A stretch of 47,274 nucleotides of DNA from Minisyncoccota bacterium (GTDB taxonomy: Bacteria > Patescibacteriota > Minisyncoccia > UBA6257 > 2-01-FULL-56-20), in the NCBI GenBank assembly GCA_035541415.1, contig DATKNI010000036.1, positions 1-47,274 of the forward strand. Direction: 5' to 3'. The translations under genes and the position numbers were made by a program. Positions 16,539 to 26,133 of the stretch are shown here, one piece after another. A model generated the notes under the pieces. That model ran no database searches and had not been told where the DNA came from. It was given only the letters and a program-made list of their open reading frames with translations. Position 1 is the stretch's first letter. The number at the start of each line of letters is the position of its first letter.

Positions 16539-17071
16539 TCAATGGTGTAGCCATGGACCTTGCTCTCGATGATCCGGGGCGTGATCGCGCCCGTAAGCCC
16601 GCAGTATTCCATCCACGCCTGAAAGAGACCTTTGAAGTGATCGATGGGATAATCGGTGTTGCTCATCACGAGATAAACGGTTTTGGGACCCAATTCTTCG
16701 CTCGCAAATTTAACGCCCTGGAACACATGGGCGCCGAGATAACGCGCCCGGAGCAGGATAAGCCGATAATTATTTTTGAAAAACGGGAGGGTGAGCCGCC
16801 CGAGCGGCGTTTGTGAAAAATTTTTAAAATGGACTTTCCCCGCTTCGTACGCAATCCTGTCTTCCGGAATCGGATGGTCCGCGAGGATGCGAGTGGCGCA
16901 TTCAATAAGCCGTGATTCGTCCTTGACGGGAATCGTGTCCGAGACTTTGAAGGCGAGTGATTTCCCGTAGCAGGCCTCGAGTGCGCGCACGCCTTCTTCT
17001 CCCTTTGCGCGAAAAACGGCTTGCACGTGGCTCTTCATAAAAATACCTTTTATCGATGGCTCGAGTGACAT
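16529..17071 (-). CDS. DUF2378/TIGR02265-like (V4R/HNOB-like fold) protein
   Basis: IKGIF, P..D..RL...A..IL, AYEAG..HF..F.QT.LGR, G...V.L.......P..HF.GL, Y.IEW pattern; 10-nt overlap with the DGC/PDE gene. Confidence 0.65.
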   Translation of the reverse strand: MSLEPSIKGIFMKSHVQAVFRAKGEEGVRALEACYGKSLAFKVSDTIPVKDESRLIECATRILADHPIPEDRIAYEAGKVHFKNFSQTPLGRLTLPFFKNNYRLILLRARYLGAHVFQGVKFASEELGPKTVYLVMSNTDYPIDHFKGLFQAWMEYCGLTGAITPRIIESKVHGYTIEWQ

Positions 17072-17106
17072 GCAGGTTTATCGTAGCACAACTCTGAAAT
17101 TGAAAG

Positions 17107-17122
17107 GATTCAGATCTGAATC
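17107..17122. promoter_or_regulatory. Perfect 16-bp palindrome, candidate operator
   Basis: GATTCAGATCTGAATC equals its own reverse complement; lies in the 74-bp divergent intergenic region. Confidence 0.6.
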
Positions 17123-17145
17123 TTGTAATATCTTGTACACAGCCC

Positions 17146-17574
17146 ATGGAACACGCTAGAATGAATGTTATGAACGAACAAAAGAATCAGGAGCGCAGAA
17201 GATTCCCGCGCATACCTTCGCGCTTGAACGAGCACGAAGTCGCAGCGATCAGAAAAATGAAACAGGACGATCCTGACATTACGCCGCAGGAGCTCGCCAC
17301 CCGCTTCCGGGTTTCCATCAGCCATATGCGGAATATCCTGAACGGCCTCTCGTGGCGGCCGCGCGAAGACGGATCATCGGTGCAGGATGACCGCCGCCGG
17401 TACTCCCGCATCCCGTCCCGCCTCACGCCGGAAGAAGTTGAAACGATCCGCCGGCTCAAGCAGGAAAATCCCCGCCTCACGGCCCGCGAGCTCGCCGTTC
17501 GATTCAAAGTTTCCGCAACCCACATCTACGACATCTGGAAAGGAAGGACGTGGCGCAGCGGGAGCCAGCCTTAA
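17146..17574 (+). CDS. Tandem-repeat HTH protein, each repeat preceded by an RRRxxR motif
   Basis: Two ~56-aa repeats with a 66-aa period: RRRxxRIPSRL...V..IR..KQ..P..T..ELA.RF.VS..H...I..G..WR; start could be 17161 or 17170. Confidence 0.8.
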   Translation: MEHARMNVMNEQKNQERRRFPRIPSRLNEHEVAAIRKMKQDDPDITPQELATRFRVSISHMRNILNGLSWRPREDGSSVQDDRRRYSRIPSRLTPEEVETIRRLKQENPRLTARELAVRFKVSATHIYDIWKGRTWRSGSQP

Positions 17575-17597
17575 CCGCCGTTACGGCGGTTTTTGGT
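17573..17597 (+). terminator. Rho-independent terminator
   Basis: AACCGCCG-tta-CGGCGGTT-TTT. Confidence 0.7.
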
Positions 17598-17765
17598 TGC
17601 GGAAATTTTTAAACCGGTGTACGATGTATCAGCAAGGTTAATAGAGAACGAGCTCCTGTCGTTCTTTTTATTTTCATGTTTTATTATCTTCTTCTCGCAT
17701 TTGTTGCCGGCATGGTCGTCGGCATGATCATCCTCTGGAAAATTTCCAAAAAATTCTAGCCGCAC

Positions 17766-18080
17766 TCACCGCGTCCCGCTTGCCGTACTGGTTGCCGGAG
17801 GCACGATGATGATCATCGTTTCCCCCGGTTTTTTATAATTGAACCGGGCGCGAAGCTCCTTCTCGAGATTTGCGGGGTTTGCGAGATACTGCGAGTCGGC
17901 CTGGAGGCTTGCGGCGTCAGCCTGAGCCTTGGTGAGGCGCGCTTCGATGTCGGTTAAATCGCCGCCAAGCCGGCTTTCCTGAACGGCAAAGCCGTAAACT
18001 TGGGCGCCGATCACGATGAGTAACATGAAAAGCAGGATGGCGCCGGTGATTTTGAGGCCATTCGACATGTTCTTATTCAA
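17766..18080 (-). CDS. Septum formation initiator (FtsB/DivIC-like)
   Basis: TM helix, coiled coil, L.NP..LEKELR.RFNYKKPGE. Confidence 0.8.
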   Translation of the reverse strand: MNKNMSNGLKITGAILLFMLLIVIGAQVYGFAVQESRLGGDLTDIEARLTKAQADAASLQADSQYLANPANLEKELRARFNYKKPGETMIIIVPPATSTASGTR

Positions 18081-18118
18081 AGAATACGTCCGGACCCTGC
18101 AAAACGCAAAACGCTTAA

Positions 18119-19888
18119 TTATTTTTTAAGGATTTCACGGAAGACTTCCGGCGAGATGTCGACGCGGGCCATGCTCTCGAGTTTTTCTTTGCCGCGCTGC
18201 TGCTTCTTCCAAAGCTTCATTTTGCGCGTGCGATCGCCGCCGTTCTTGCCAAAATCGCCAAGCTTTTTCTTGAGCGCCGGAATCGTTTCGCGGGCAATGA
18301 TGCGGCCCTGCGATTTTGCCTGGATCGCCTGGGTGAATTGCTCCTTCGGCAAAAGCTCCTTTAACCGTTCAACCGTCTGCCGGCCTTCGCGTTCGAGATC
18401 TTTTTTGGGGACGATCCGCGTGAGCGCCGGAACGACTTCCTCGACAACGAGGATTTCGAGCTTCTCGACTTCCGCTTCGCGCTCCCCTTCGAGTTCATAT
18501 GTAAACGAGGCGTATCCCTGCGATGCGGATTTCAAACGGTCGTCGAAGTCGCGGATGAGTTCGCGGAGCGGCATCTTGGCTTCGATGAGCAGATTTTCGC
18601 CAAAGTTCTTCACTTCGGCCACTTCAATGTCGAACACGTTCTGCAAATTGACGACGGCGCTCAGATAATTCTGCGGGGTGAGCATTTCGAGGTTCACGAT
18701 CGGCTCCCAGACTTTTTCCGGCTTGTCAGGAAAATCCTGCGGCTGTTTGATCACGAACTGCTGCCCTTTTTCCTGCACCCGGTACGCAATCGACGGGAAG
18801 CTCGTGAGGAACTGCAGGCCGTATTCGCGCTCCAACCGGCTCGATGTAATTTCAAAATGAAGCTGGCCGAGGAAGCCGACTTTGAGCCCGCGGCCCAGCG
18901 CTTCGTTCGAGTCCGGTTCAAAGCTTAACGCGGCATCGTTGAGGCGCAATTTTTCAAATGCCCGCTTGAGGTCGTCGTATTTCGTGACGCCGTCGGGATA
19001 AAACGAAATGAAAACCACCGGTCCCGGCTCGCGATATCCGGCAAGCGGCTCGACGCCGGCGCTTGCGCGCGTGAGGATCACGGTGTCGCCGATCTTCACA
19101 AGCGACGGCTCCTTGAGTCCGGTTGCGATGTAACCGATTTCCCCCGCCTCGATCTTCGGCGCAACCTTGAGTGACGGCGAAAAATAACCGACTTCTTTCG
19201 GCTTGAACGTGATGCCATTCGCCATAAAGCGCATTTCTTCGGCGACAAACGAACCGCCAAATACGCGGATATTCGCGATGATTCCTTTGTGGTCGTCGTA
19301 GAGCGAATCAAAAATGAGCGCGCGCGGCTTTGCCTCGAGCTTGGGCGGAGGGATTTTTTCAATGACGGCGGCCAAGAGTTCGGCGACGCCCGCGCCGGTT
19401 TTTGCAGAAACGCGCAACACCGTTTCTTTGGGAACGCCAAGCAATTCTGCCGTAGCTTCGGCGATCCGGTCGATCTGCGGCAGGGCAAGGTCGATTTTAT
19501 TCACGGCAGGAATGATGACGAGGCCAGCCTTCTGCGCGGCGCGCAGATTCGAGAGCGTCTGCGCCTGAATGCCTTTCGTTCCGTCAATCAAAAGAACGGC
19601 GCCTTCAACGGCATTCAAAGCGCGCGAAACCTCATAAGAAAAATCGGAATGTCCCGGGGTGTCGATGAGGTTCATGACGTATTCCTTCCCCTCGAACGCA
19701 TAGTGCATCCGCACCGGCGCCATTTTGATCGTAATGCCGCGCTCGCGTTCCAAATCAAGCCGGTCAAGATATTGCGGCTGCATGCTGCGCATGGGAACCG
19801 TTCCTGTGATTTCCAAAAGGCGATCGGCGAGCGTCGATTTCCCCGAGTCGATATGAGCGATAATGACGAAATTGCGGATATGCTCCAT
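18119..19888 (-). CDS. lepA: Elongation factor 4 (LepA)
   Basis: IRNFVIIAHIDSGKSTLADRL, LERERGITIK, NLIDTPGHSDFSYEVSRAL, NKID, GFLGQLH, GGDRTRKMKL; start at ATG 19888. Confidence 0.95.
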   Translation of the reverse strand: MEHIRNFVIIAHIDSGKSTLADRLLEITGTVPMRSMQPQYLDRLDLERERGITIKMAPVRMHYAFEGKEYVMNLIDTPGHSDFSYEVSRALNAVEGAVLLIDGTKGIQAQTLSNLRAAQKAGLVIIPAVNKIDLALPQIDRIAEATAELLGVPKETVLRVSAKTGAGVAELLAAVIEKIPPPKLEAKPRALIFDSLYDDHKGIIANIRVFGGSFVAEEMRFMANGITFKPKEVGYFSPSLKVAPKIEAGEIGYIATGLKEPSLVKIGDTVILTRASAGVEPLAGYREPGPVVFISFYPDGVTKYDDLKRAFEKLRLNDAALSFEPDSNEALGRGLKVGFLGQLHFEITSSRLEREYGLQFLTSFPSIAYRVQEKGQQFVIKQPQDFPDKPEKVWEPIVNLEMLTPQNYLSAVVNLQNVFDIEVAEVKNFGENLLIEAKMPLRELIRDFDDRLKSASQGYASFTYELEGEREAEVEKLEILVVEEVVPALTRIVPKKDLEREGRQTVERLKELLPKEQFTQAIQAKSQGRIIARETIPALKKKLGDFGKNGGDRTRKMKLWKKQQRGKEKLESMARVDISPEVFREILKK

Positions 19889-19957
19889 GCGCATCAGCAT
19901 ATCGTATCTCACGCAAATAAGAAAGTTGTTGCGCTCGCGCCGCCCGCCAGCAACCTG

Positions 19958-22084
19958 TTAATAATTATTTAATTTTTGCAGGGTGAGCGTCACTGCCAAC
20001 CGCCCCGGCGGATTGACCGAAGAATAGGTGTAGGCCGCAAGATTATTTTCGGCAAAGACATAGCCGAGGGGCGCATCAATCTCGAATTGATACGTTCCCG
20101 ATGCGCCGGCCTGTTTCTCAAAAATAAATTGGTACTGCACGCCGCTCGCCGGCGCCGCAAAAAGATGATGGGTGTAGTCGAGGACGATCTGCGTGCTCGC
20201 GCCTTTCTGCACCCGCGACCATAGGTCGAACACTTCTTTCCCGAATTGTTCCTGGGTGGAAACCGCCGGATACGCGAAAAGCTGGATTGTGCTGGTTTCG
20301 ATGGCGGCGATCGCCGGATCGGTGGCATAGTTTTTCTTTGCGTAATCGATCGGCGCGGGAACGGTGCGCTTGATCCCGCCATTCTCGTTGGTGAGCGAGC
20401 TTCCGGGCGGAACAAATACTTGGAGATAGTCTTGGTTTGTGGTTTGGTACCACCAATACGGGCTCGTGTTGCCGGTATGCTCTCGGTTGATGATGAGATG
20501 ATCGGTCATGGTGCCGTCACTCCCGATCTGCGCATCAAAATTGATATCCTGCTTCACGTATAATTCCGACTTGTCGGCGTTGATATCGGAGTTCACGACG
20601 GCGAGATATTCGCCGTTAAAATTCTGGGGCAATTGGTACACGTCGCCCGTTGCGCCGTAATTCCGCGCAAACTCTTCAAAGCCGTGATCTTTGAAATACA
20701 CCATGACATCTTTGCCTTCGATCCACTGCAATACGAACGCGAGGAGTTCTTTGCCTGTCGATGAAGCCATCGTTGACGAAACCATCGTTGACGAGGCCAT
20801 CTGAGCGCCCTCGGTTGACGTGGAGCTCGGCGCACTCGTTGCGCCCACGAGGTTGGTAAAGAGAGTTTGGGCAAGCACGCGGATGATTTGCTTGGGATAG
20901 GTCGCTCCCGTTGCCTGTCCGTTCTGCACGATTTTCTGCGTCTGTGTCACAAAATTATCCGCCGTGAACGTGACGGCGCGCGTTCCCGTGCCCACGGTGA
21001 CGGGCCCGGTGATGGCGAGCAGATCGGAAACCACTTTCGGCGATACGGCGATCGCCCCGTCAAACGCGGTACCGCTCGCGGAGTAAAGATCGGAGCGCTC
21101 GAACATCGAGATCGTTTCCGAGGCCGACGCCGGGAAGTCAAAGAACCAATTCGCATCCGCCGGGCGGAACCGCGTCGTTTCGAGCTGGAGCGGAACCGGC
21201 GGGATGATGTTTGGCTTGAACGCGCTGTCGACGTCCGCAACGTCACGGATCGAAACGTCGGTCACAGTGCCGCTCGCAAGCGTGATGTCGGCATAGCTTC
21301 CCAAGAATCCGCCGGCGGGTTTCTCTTCGGATGGATTCTCAAATAACACGAGCACATGGTGTGGCGTCGGAGAAGAAAACCACGGGATAAAACCGCTGAG
21401 GAATTCCTGGACACCTTGCACCTGGGCTTTGAGCGGAAGATATGCTGCAGCGAGCTGGTTTGTGGCGCCCGAACCGAGCGACGGGATCACCGCGCCGAGC
21501 GAGTTGCTGTCGGCGTCGATGTTTGCGAGGTCGTTCTTGATGTTCGTGAGATCAGCGATAAATCCCGATCCGTTGCCGGTTGAGAATAAGGTAAACGTCG
21601 ACGCCTGCAGGGAGTCGGTGTGGCCGGCGAGCGCGGAGAGCCACTTGGACATATCGGCGAAAGATTGATAGGCGGTGTTCCCTCCTTTAAATATGAAACT
21701 GAATGCGCTGAGGATCCCGCCCAGGTCGGGCGTGCTGTCGAGGTTTTGGAACTGGCCCTGGGCGGATTGAGGGTCTAGATTCTGGAGGTCCGCAACTCCC
21801 TGCTGGAGCGTCGTAACCTGCGAAGATATCTCCCGAACGACGCGCCCCTTGATGACGTAATACGAAATGGCAAATCCAACAATAAAAATCACAACGAGCC
21901 CGACGATCGCCCAGACCAGGCCCCGCGGAAGCGTGCGCCGATGAGCAACGGGCACGGGAACGCCTTCGAGCGCTTCGTCCCGTTCTTCCGAGCCGATCGT
22001 CTTCGCGAGGGCGTTTACGTCGATCTCCTCGTCGCGACGATGGAACTGGAGCCGCTTTTTCGGTTTTTTGTCGAAGGGAGGCAT
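19958..22084 (-). CDS. DUF4012-domain membrane-anchored protein
   Basis: TM helix; FENPSEEKPAGGFLGSY, ANWFFDFP motifs; start at ATG 22084. Confidence 0.75.
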   Translation of the reverse strand: MPPFDKKPKKRLQFHRRDEEIDVNALAKTIGSEERDEALEGVPVPVAHRRTLPRGLVWAIVGLVVIFIVGFAISYYVIKGRVVREISSQVTTLQQGVADLQNLDPQSAQGQFQNLDSTPDLGGILSAFSFIFKGGNTAYQSFADMSKWLSALAGHTDSLQASTFTLFSTGNGSGFIADLTNIKNDLANIDADSNSLGAVIPSLGSGATNQLAAAYLPLKAQVQGVQEFLSGFIPWFSSPTPHHVLVLFENPSEEKPAGGFLGSYADITLASGTVTDVSIRDVADVDSAFKPNIIPPVPLQLETTRFRPADANWFFDFPASASETISMFERSDLYSASGTAFDGAIAVSPKVVSDLLAITGPVTVGTGTRAVTFTADNFVTQTQKIVQNGQATGATYPKQIIRVLAQTLFTNLVGATSAPSSTSTEGAQMASSTMVSSTMASSTGKELLAFVLQWIEGKDVMVYFKDHGFEEFARNYGATGDVYQLPQNFNGEYLAVVNSDINADKSELYVKQDINFDAQIGSDGTMTDHLIINREHTGNTSPYWWYQTTNQDYLQVFVPPGSSLTNENGGIKRTVPAPIDYAKKNYATDPAIAAIETSTIQLFAYPAVSTQEQFGKEVFDLWSRVQKGASTQIVLDYTHHLFAAPASGVQYQFIFEKQAGASGTYQFEIDAPLGYVFAENNLAAYTYSSVNPPGRLAVTLTLQKLNNY

Positions 22085-22124
22085 ATAAGAACATTTTAAC
22101 CGATGCCTTTTGTATAATGAAAGT

Positions 22125-24110
22125 ATGCTCACCACCCTCCGTTCGATTTCCGCGAAGACGGCGCTTTTCGTCCTCGCGCTCGTTTGCGCCGCTTCCTTTG
22201 CTCTTATGATGTGGGCGGCGCACACCGATTCCGCCATTGACGACGAACTTGCCCATATTCCCGCAGGGTATGGCTATGTGCACAATCTGGATTATCGCTT
22301 GAATCCGGAACATCCGCCTCTCGTGAAAGCGCTCGCCATGCTGCCCGTGCTCTTGCTGCAACCGAATTACCCCACCACCAACCCCGCGTGGACTACGGCG
22401 ATTAACGGACAGTGGGACATGGGAACCGCGTTCCTCTACCAGTCGGGCAATGATGCAAATGCGATCATTCAAACCGCGCGCATCTTCCCGATCATCATCA
22501 CGCTTCTTGCAATCCTCCTCGCGTATTTTCTGGCGCGCAAAATCATGGGGCCATGGTGGGCGCTCCTGCCGGCATTCCTTTTTGCCTTCGATCCGACGGT
22601 CCTCGCCCACGGGCACTACGTGACAACCGACGTCGGCGCGGCATTCGGCGTCCTCCTCTCGCTTTTCTTTTTTGTTAAATATATAAAAAATCCATCCACG
22701 CGGAATCTCTGGTATGCCGGCCTCGCGTTCGGCGTTGCGCAAATCGCAAAATTCTCCACGCCGCTCCTCATCCCCCTCTACATATTCCTCGTAATCGCCC
22801 TTTGGGCCCGCGACATGGTTTTGCAATGGCCGCACACGGCGCATCGGTTTAAGAAATTTTTCATGTCGCTCATCCGCTATGGATGGCGCCTCATCCTTAT
22901 CGGCGTCATCGGGTATGTCTTTATCGTGTATCCCGTCTATTTCCTGTTCACGATCAACTATCCGATCTCGCGACAAGTATCCGACACTACGCAGATCCTT
23001 GCTTCATTCGCGAACGGTCCCACGCCGGCCGGCCAGCTGTGCCACGGCATGCGCTGCCTCGCCGAGCTCGATATTAGGATGGCCGGCAATCCAGTGCTTC
23101 GGCCCTATGCGCAGTATCTTCTCGGACTGTTGATGGTGCTCCAGCGTTCCGATGCCGGCAATACGATCTATTTCTTGGGCGCCGTGCGCGGGAGCGGCGG
23201 TTGGACATACTTCCCGACGCTCTACCTTTTGAAAGAGCCCATCCCCACGCTCATCATTGTTTTTGCCGCGCTCATCGTGGCTGCCTGGTGGATCATGAAA
23301 AAATTCATCAAAGGCGTCGCCCATCGGGCGCCGGGCGTCGCACGCCAAATCGCCGACTATATCGGGACGAATTTTACCCAATTCTCCATGGCCTCATTCA
23401 TCGTGCTCTATTGGACGTATAGCATGCGCAGTCCGCTCAACATCGGCATCCGGCACCTCATGCCGACGATCCCGCTCATCCTTATCCTTGCCGCAAGCAT
23501 GTGGAAGCAGTGGATTTTTAAGATTAACTTTTCATTAAAAGGTTTTCTTGCCAACATTTCGCCCGAAAGCATGCTGATGAGCATGCGAAGCACCGCGCGC
23601 TCCTTCATTTTTTCCGCCATCAAATATGCGGTCCTCGTTATCCTCGTATTCTGGCTTTTCCTTGAAACAATTTTTGCCGCCCCCTATTTTCTCTCGTATT
23701 TCAACGAATTCGGCGGAGGCACATCGAACGGCTACCACTACGTGACCGATTCCAACTACGACTGGGGCCAAGATCTTTTGCGCCTGCAGGCATTCGTGAA
23801 CGAACATCCGGAGATCGACACCATCGCCGTCGATTATTTTGGCGGCGGCAGTCCGAAATATTATTTGGGAAACAAGGAAGTTGATTGGTGGTCGAGCAAA
23901 GGCAATCCGGCCGACCACGGCATCCATTGGTATGCGGTTTCCGTAAACCAGCTTGAGGGCGGAACCCAGCCACTCCTCCCCGGCGAAACGCGCAACGCGT
24001 CCGACAGCTATTCGTGGCTCACCTCGCTCCGTCCCGTTCCGCCCGGCATGGGCAGCCTTCCCCCGCCGGACTTCCGGGTTGGAACGTCAATCTTCGTCTA
24101 TCATTTGTAA
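22125..24110 (+). CDS. GT-C glycosyltransferase (ArnT/PMT, GT39-like)
   Basis: IDDELAH, NPEHPPLVK, TTDV, DSNYDWGQD motifs; multiple TM helices; start at ATG 22125. Confidence 0.88.
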   Translation: MLTTLRSISAKTALFVLALVCAASFALMMWAAHTDSAIDDELAHIPAGYGYVHNLDYRLNPEHPPLVKALAMLPVLLLQPNYPTTNPAWTTAINGQWDMGTAFLYQSGNDANAIIQTARIFPIIITLLAILLAYFLARKIMGPWWALLPAFLFAFDPTVLAHGHYVTTDVGAAFGVLLSLFFFVKYIKNPSTRNLWYAGLAFGVAQIAKFSTPLLIPLYIFLVIALWARDMVLQWPHTAHRFKKFFMSLIRYGWRLILIGVIGYVFIVYPVYFLFTINYPISRQVSDTTQILASFANGPTPAGQLCHGMRCLAELDIRMAGNPVLRPYAQYLLGLLMVLQRSDAGNTIYFLGAVRGSGGWTYFPTLYLLKEPIPTLIIVFAALIVAAWWIMKKFIKGVAHRAPGVARQIADYIGTNFTQFSMASFIVLYWTYSMRSPLNIGIRHLMPTIPLILILAASMWKQWIFKINFSLKGFLANISPESMLMSMRSTARSFIFSAIKYAVLVILVFWLFLETIFAAPYFLSYFNEFGGGTSNGYHYVTDSNYDWGQDLLRLQAFVNEHPEIDTIAVDYFGGGSPKYYLGNKEVDWWSSKGNPADHGIHWYAVSVNQLEGGTQPLLPGETRNASDSYSWLTSLRPVPPGMGSLPPPDFRVGTSIFVYHL

Positions 24111-24925
24111 TACACGCGGTTCTCCGTGCGGCAATCCACGTATGCGATTTTGTGCCACATGGTTTGATTTTCCATCAGCTGATTGATCACGTCGAGATAA
24201 TTGTCGGCCGGGAAGCGCAAACTGAAATAAAGAGAAGGGCCGTTCAGCGTTGTCACATTGAGCTCTTCGAGCGAGAGGTCGTTCAGCGCGATAGTGGCCA
24301 CATTCACGTGTGAATTTTTGATAACGTGGATAATTGAAATGAGATTTGCCACAAACGGCTCGGGAAGGATCGGCTGGTTCACGCCGGTCGGCTTCCCGGA
24401 GAAATCATGGACGACGGTGATGACGTTCCCCTGCGTATCATAGGTCCGTTCAAACTTATCGCCCGTGCCGTCAAACCAAAAGCATTGTTCGTCGCCGCTT
24501 TCCTTCGGCATATAGCACCACACGGCAAGTGGCGTCCGCTCGGTCACGGTGATGGTGATCGTATGCGAAAAATAATCCCTGCCGATGCTCACGCTTGAAA
24601 GTTGAGGAATCCATGCGAGCGAACGTGAGGGAATCGACGACGGCCATATCAGCATATTTTTGTAACCGATGATCGATGCCATCGAGAGCGCGTGATTCGG
24701 GGGCATCATGGTCGATTCGACGAGCGAGACGACGGCATCGCTCGACACAGACGTGTTGCCGTTCACCACGATGTGGTTCACGGAGAAAAATGGCGATCGG
24801 TAGAGAAACCAGAGCCATCCAAGGACAAGAAAATATGCGATGAAAAGCGCACTCGTCCAAACGAAGTAGAAACGGCGCTTCTGCCGCCGGCGCCTTTCCT
24901 CGGGAATATACGAGCGGACCTGCAT
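24101..24925 (-). CDS. ftsQ: Cell division protein FtsQ/DivIB (POTRA domain)
   Basis: Basic N-terminus, TM helix, SPFFSVNHIVVNGN POTRA start, ITVTER.P, C-terminal YVDCR. Confidence 0.8.
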   Translation of the reverse strand: MQVRSYIPEERRRRQKRRFYFVWTSALFIAYFLVLGWLWFLYRSPFFSVNHIVVNGNTSVSSDAVVSLVESTMMPPNHALSMASIIGYKNMLIWPSSIPSRSLAWIPQLSSVSIGRDYFSHTITITVTERTPLAVWCYMPKESGDEQCFWFDGTGDKFERTYDTQGNVITVVHDFSGKPTGVNQPILPEPFVANLISIIHVIKNSHVNVATIALNDLSLEELNVTTLNGPSLYFSLRFPADNYLDVINQLMENQTMWHKIAYVDCRTENRVYYK

Positions 24926-24952
24926 AGCTATAGATTACCACGCACAACCTCC

Positions 24953-26104
24953 CTACTTCACCATGCGCTCCATGAGCGGGTTGAGGCGCGTGAGGAATTC
25001 GTAGGCGGTCGTTCCGGATTTTTCTGCAAGCTCTTCTGCGCCGATGACCGCCTTTCCATCCCGTCCGATGATCGTGGCAACGTCGCCCACGTTTGCGGAT
25101 TGCGGAAGGAAAACAACCGCCATGTCCATAGAAACGCGGCCGAGTATTTTTGCGCGCGCGCCATTGATGAGAACCGCGCCGGTCGAAGAGAGCGACCGGG
25201 ACAGGCCGTGCCAATAGCCGATCGGCAGGACGGCGATCTTCCCGGTGCGCGGCGCCGCTTCGGTGCGATCATAGCCGATGCTGTCGCCTTTTTTGATGCT
25301 CTTCACTTCGCTCACCACCGTGCGCCACGCAAGCACCGGATGCAGCGGCATCTTTTTTGAAAGCTGCTTGCGCAATTCTTCAGAAGGCCAGACGCCGTAC
25401 ATGCCGATGCCCACCCGAACCGCATCAAGATGGTAACGCGGGCCGAGCAATGCGCCGCCCGTCGCCGACGCGTGCCGCAAGAGTTTGGTAAAACCAGCTT
25501 TTTCGAAAAGCGCAAGCGCCGCTTCATATTTTTTTAATTGTTCGTCGGTATAGGCCGTATCGCGGCGATTTTTTGCAGCAGCAAAATGCGTGAAAAGGCC
25601 CTTGCAATGCTTGCCCAAACGAGAATTCCGTGCGGCGAGCAGCGCAATGACCTTCGGAATGTCGCGAAGGTAAAATCCCTGCCGATGCATGCCCGTGTCG
25701 ATCTTAATATGAAAGTCCGGGATATGGCGCGCCGTTGCGAGCGCACGCAACGCTTCGAAATTGGAAATGGAAACAATGATCTTATGCGTTGCGGCGTCGG
25801 CATAGCGCGACGGCAAAGTGAATCCCAAAACCAGAATCGGCTTCTTGATTCCTTCGCGCCGGAGCGCAAGCGCTTCCGTAATGCTGTCGACGCACAGCCC
25901 GTCGATGCCGAACCGCGCCATCAATTTTGAAAATGCAAAAACATTGTGGCCGTAGGCGTTTGATTTCACGACCGACCACAACTGCACGCGGCGGCGATTT
26001 GCGCTGCCGTGATTGAGCAGCCGACGGAACGCATCGTAATTCCTCTTCGCCGCTTTTGAATCAATTTCCACCCAGGTGCGAATATGATTCGGCGACGTTT
26101 TCAT
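24953..26104 (-). CDS. alr: Alanine racemase
   Basis: VVKSNAYGH, HIKIDTGMHRQG, VRVGIGMYG, IGYWHG, GRVSMD. Confidence 0.95.
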   Translation of the reverse strand: MKTSPNHIRTWVEIDSKAAKRNYDAFRRLLNHGSANRRRVQLWSVVKSNAYGHNVFAFSKLMARFGIDGLCVDSITEALALRREGIKKPILVLGFTLPSRYADAATHKIIVSISNFEALRALATARHIPDFHIKIDTGMHRQGFYLRDIPKVIALLAARNSRLGKHCKGLFTHFAAAKNRRDTAYTDEQLKKYEAALALFEKAGFTKLLRHASATGGALLGPRYHLDAVRVGIGMYGVWPSEELRKQLSKKMPLHPVLAWRTVVSEVKSIKKGDSIGYDRTEAAPRTGKIAVLPIGYWHGLSRSLSSTGAVLINGARAKILGRVSMDMAVVFLPQSANVGDVATIIGRDGKAVIGAEELAEKSGTTAYEFLTRLNPLMERMVK

Positions 26105-26133
26105 TCAAAAAAATTTATGCGTAGATTTGCCTC

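Noticed and set aside
24953-26104. GYWHG instead of GYADG in Alr as a sign of altered function
   Set aside because: The catalytic Lys (VKSNAYGH) and Tyr are retained; not enough to claim novelty.
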